A stretch of DNA of 64,000 nucleotides from Lytechinus pictus (Eukaryota), in assembly GCF_037042905.1 (NCBI RefSeq), contig NC_087252.1, forward strand, positions 27,096,001 through 27,160,000, given 5' to 3'. How positions within the stretch are numbered: position 1 is the stretch's first letter; the number at the start of each line of letters is the position of its first letter. Below, piece by piece: positions 63,745 to 64,000 of the stretch. A program made the position numbers and the translations under genes. The notes beneath the pieces are model-generated. The model did no database searches and was not told the DNA's origin. It saw only the letters and a list, made by a program, of their open reading frames with translations.

Positions 63745-64000
<256 letters not shown>

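Overview
AT-rich, intron- and transposon-dense animal genomic DNA. The repeat style suggests an echinoderm such as a sea urchin, but this is inference only. Two spliced protein-coding genes face each other tail-to-tail. (1) The last two coding exons of an NR1-type nuclear receptor ligand-binding domain on + (532-647, 1334-1453, ending in the AF-2 motif PLLEELFSD*). (2) A complete 13-exon multicopper oxidase (laccase/MCO1-like) gene on - (55550 to 21245, 2148 nt, 715 aa). I reconstructed it by hand with consistent GT-AG sites and phases: signal peptide, Cys-rich N-terminus, all four copper-binding motifs with a Met axial ligand, and a C-terminal transmembrane helix. The rest is repeats: three truncated LINEs, tRNA-derived SINEs, a Helentron-type (HINE) element, many MITEs and microsatellites. 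The most notable structures are: a three-tier nested transposon complex in laccase intron 2 carrying an antisense chain of exon-like segments; serial decaying copies of the receptor's AF-2/stop segment just past its stop codon; a diverged partial copy of laccase exon 4 with third-position-biased changes; a 183-bp-arm palindrome; and two apparent template-switch/amplification scars. Superfamily assignments rest on termini and TSD patterns only; no database searches were run.
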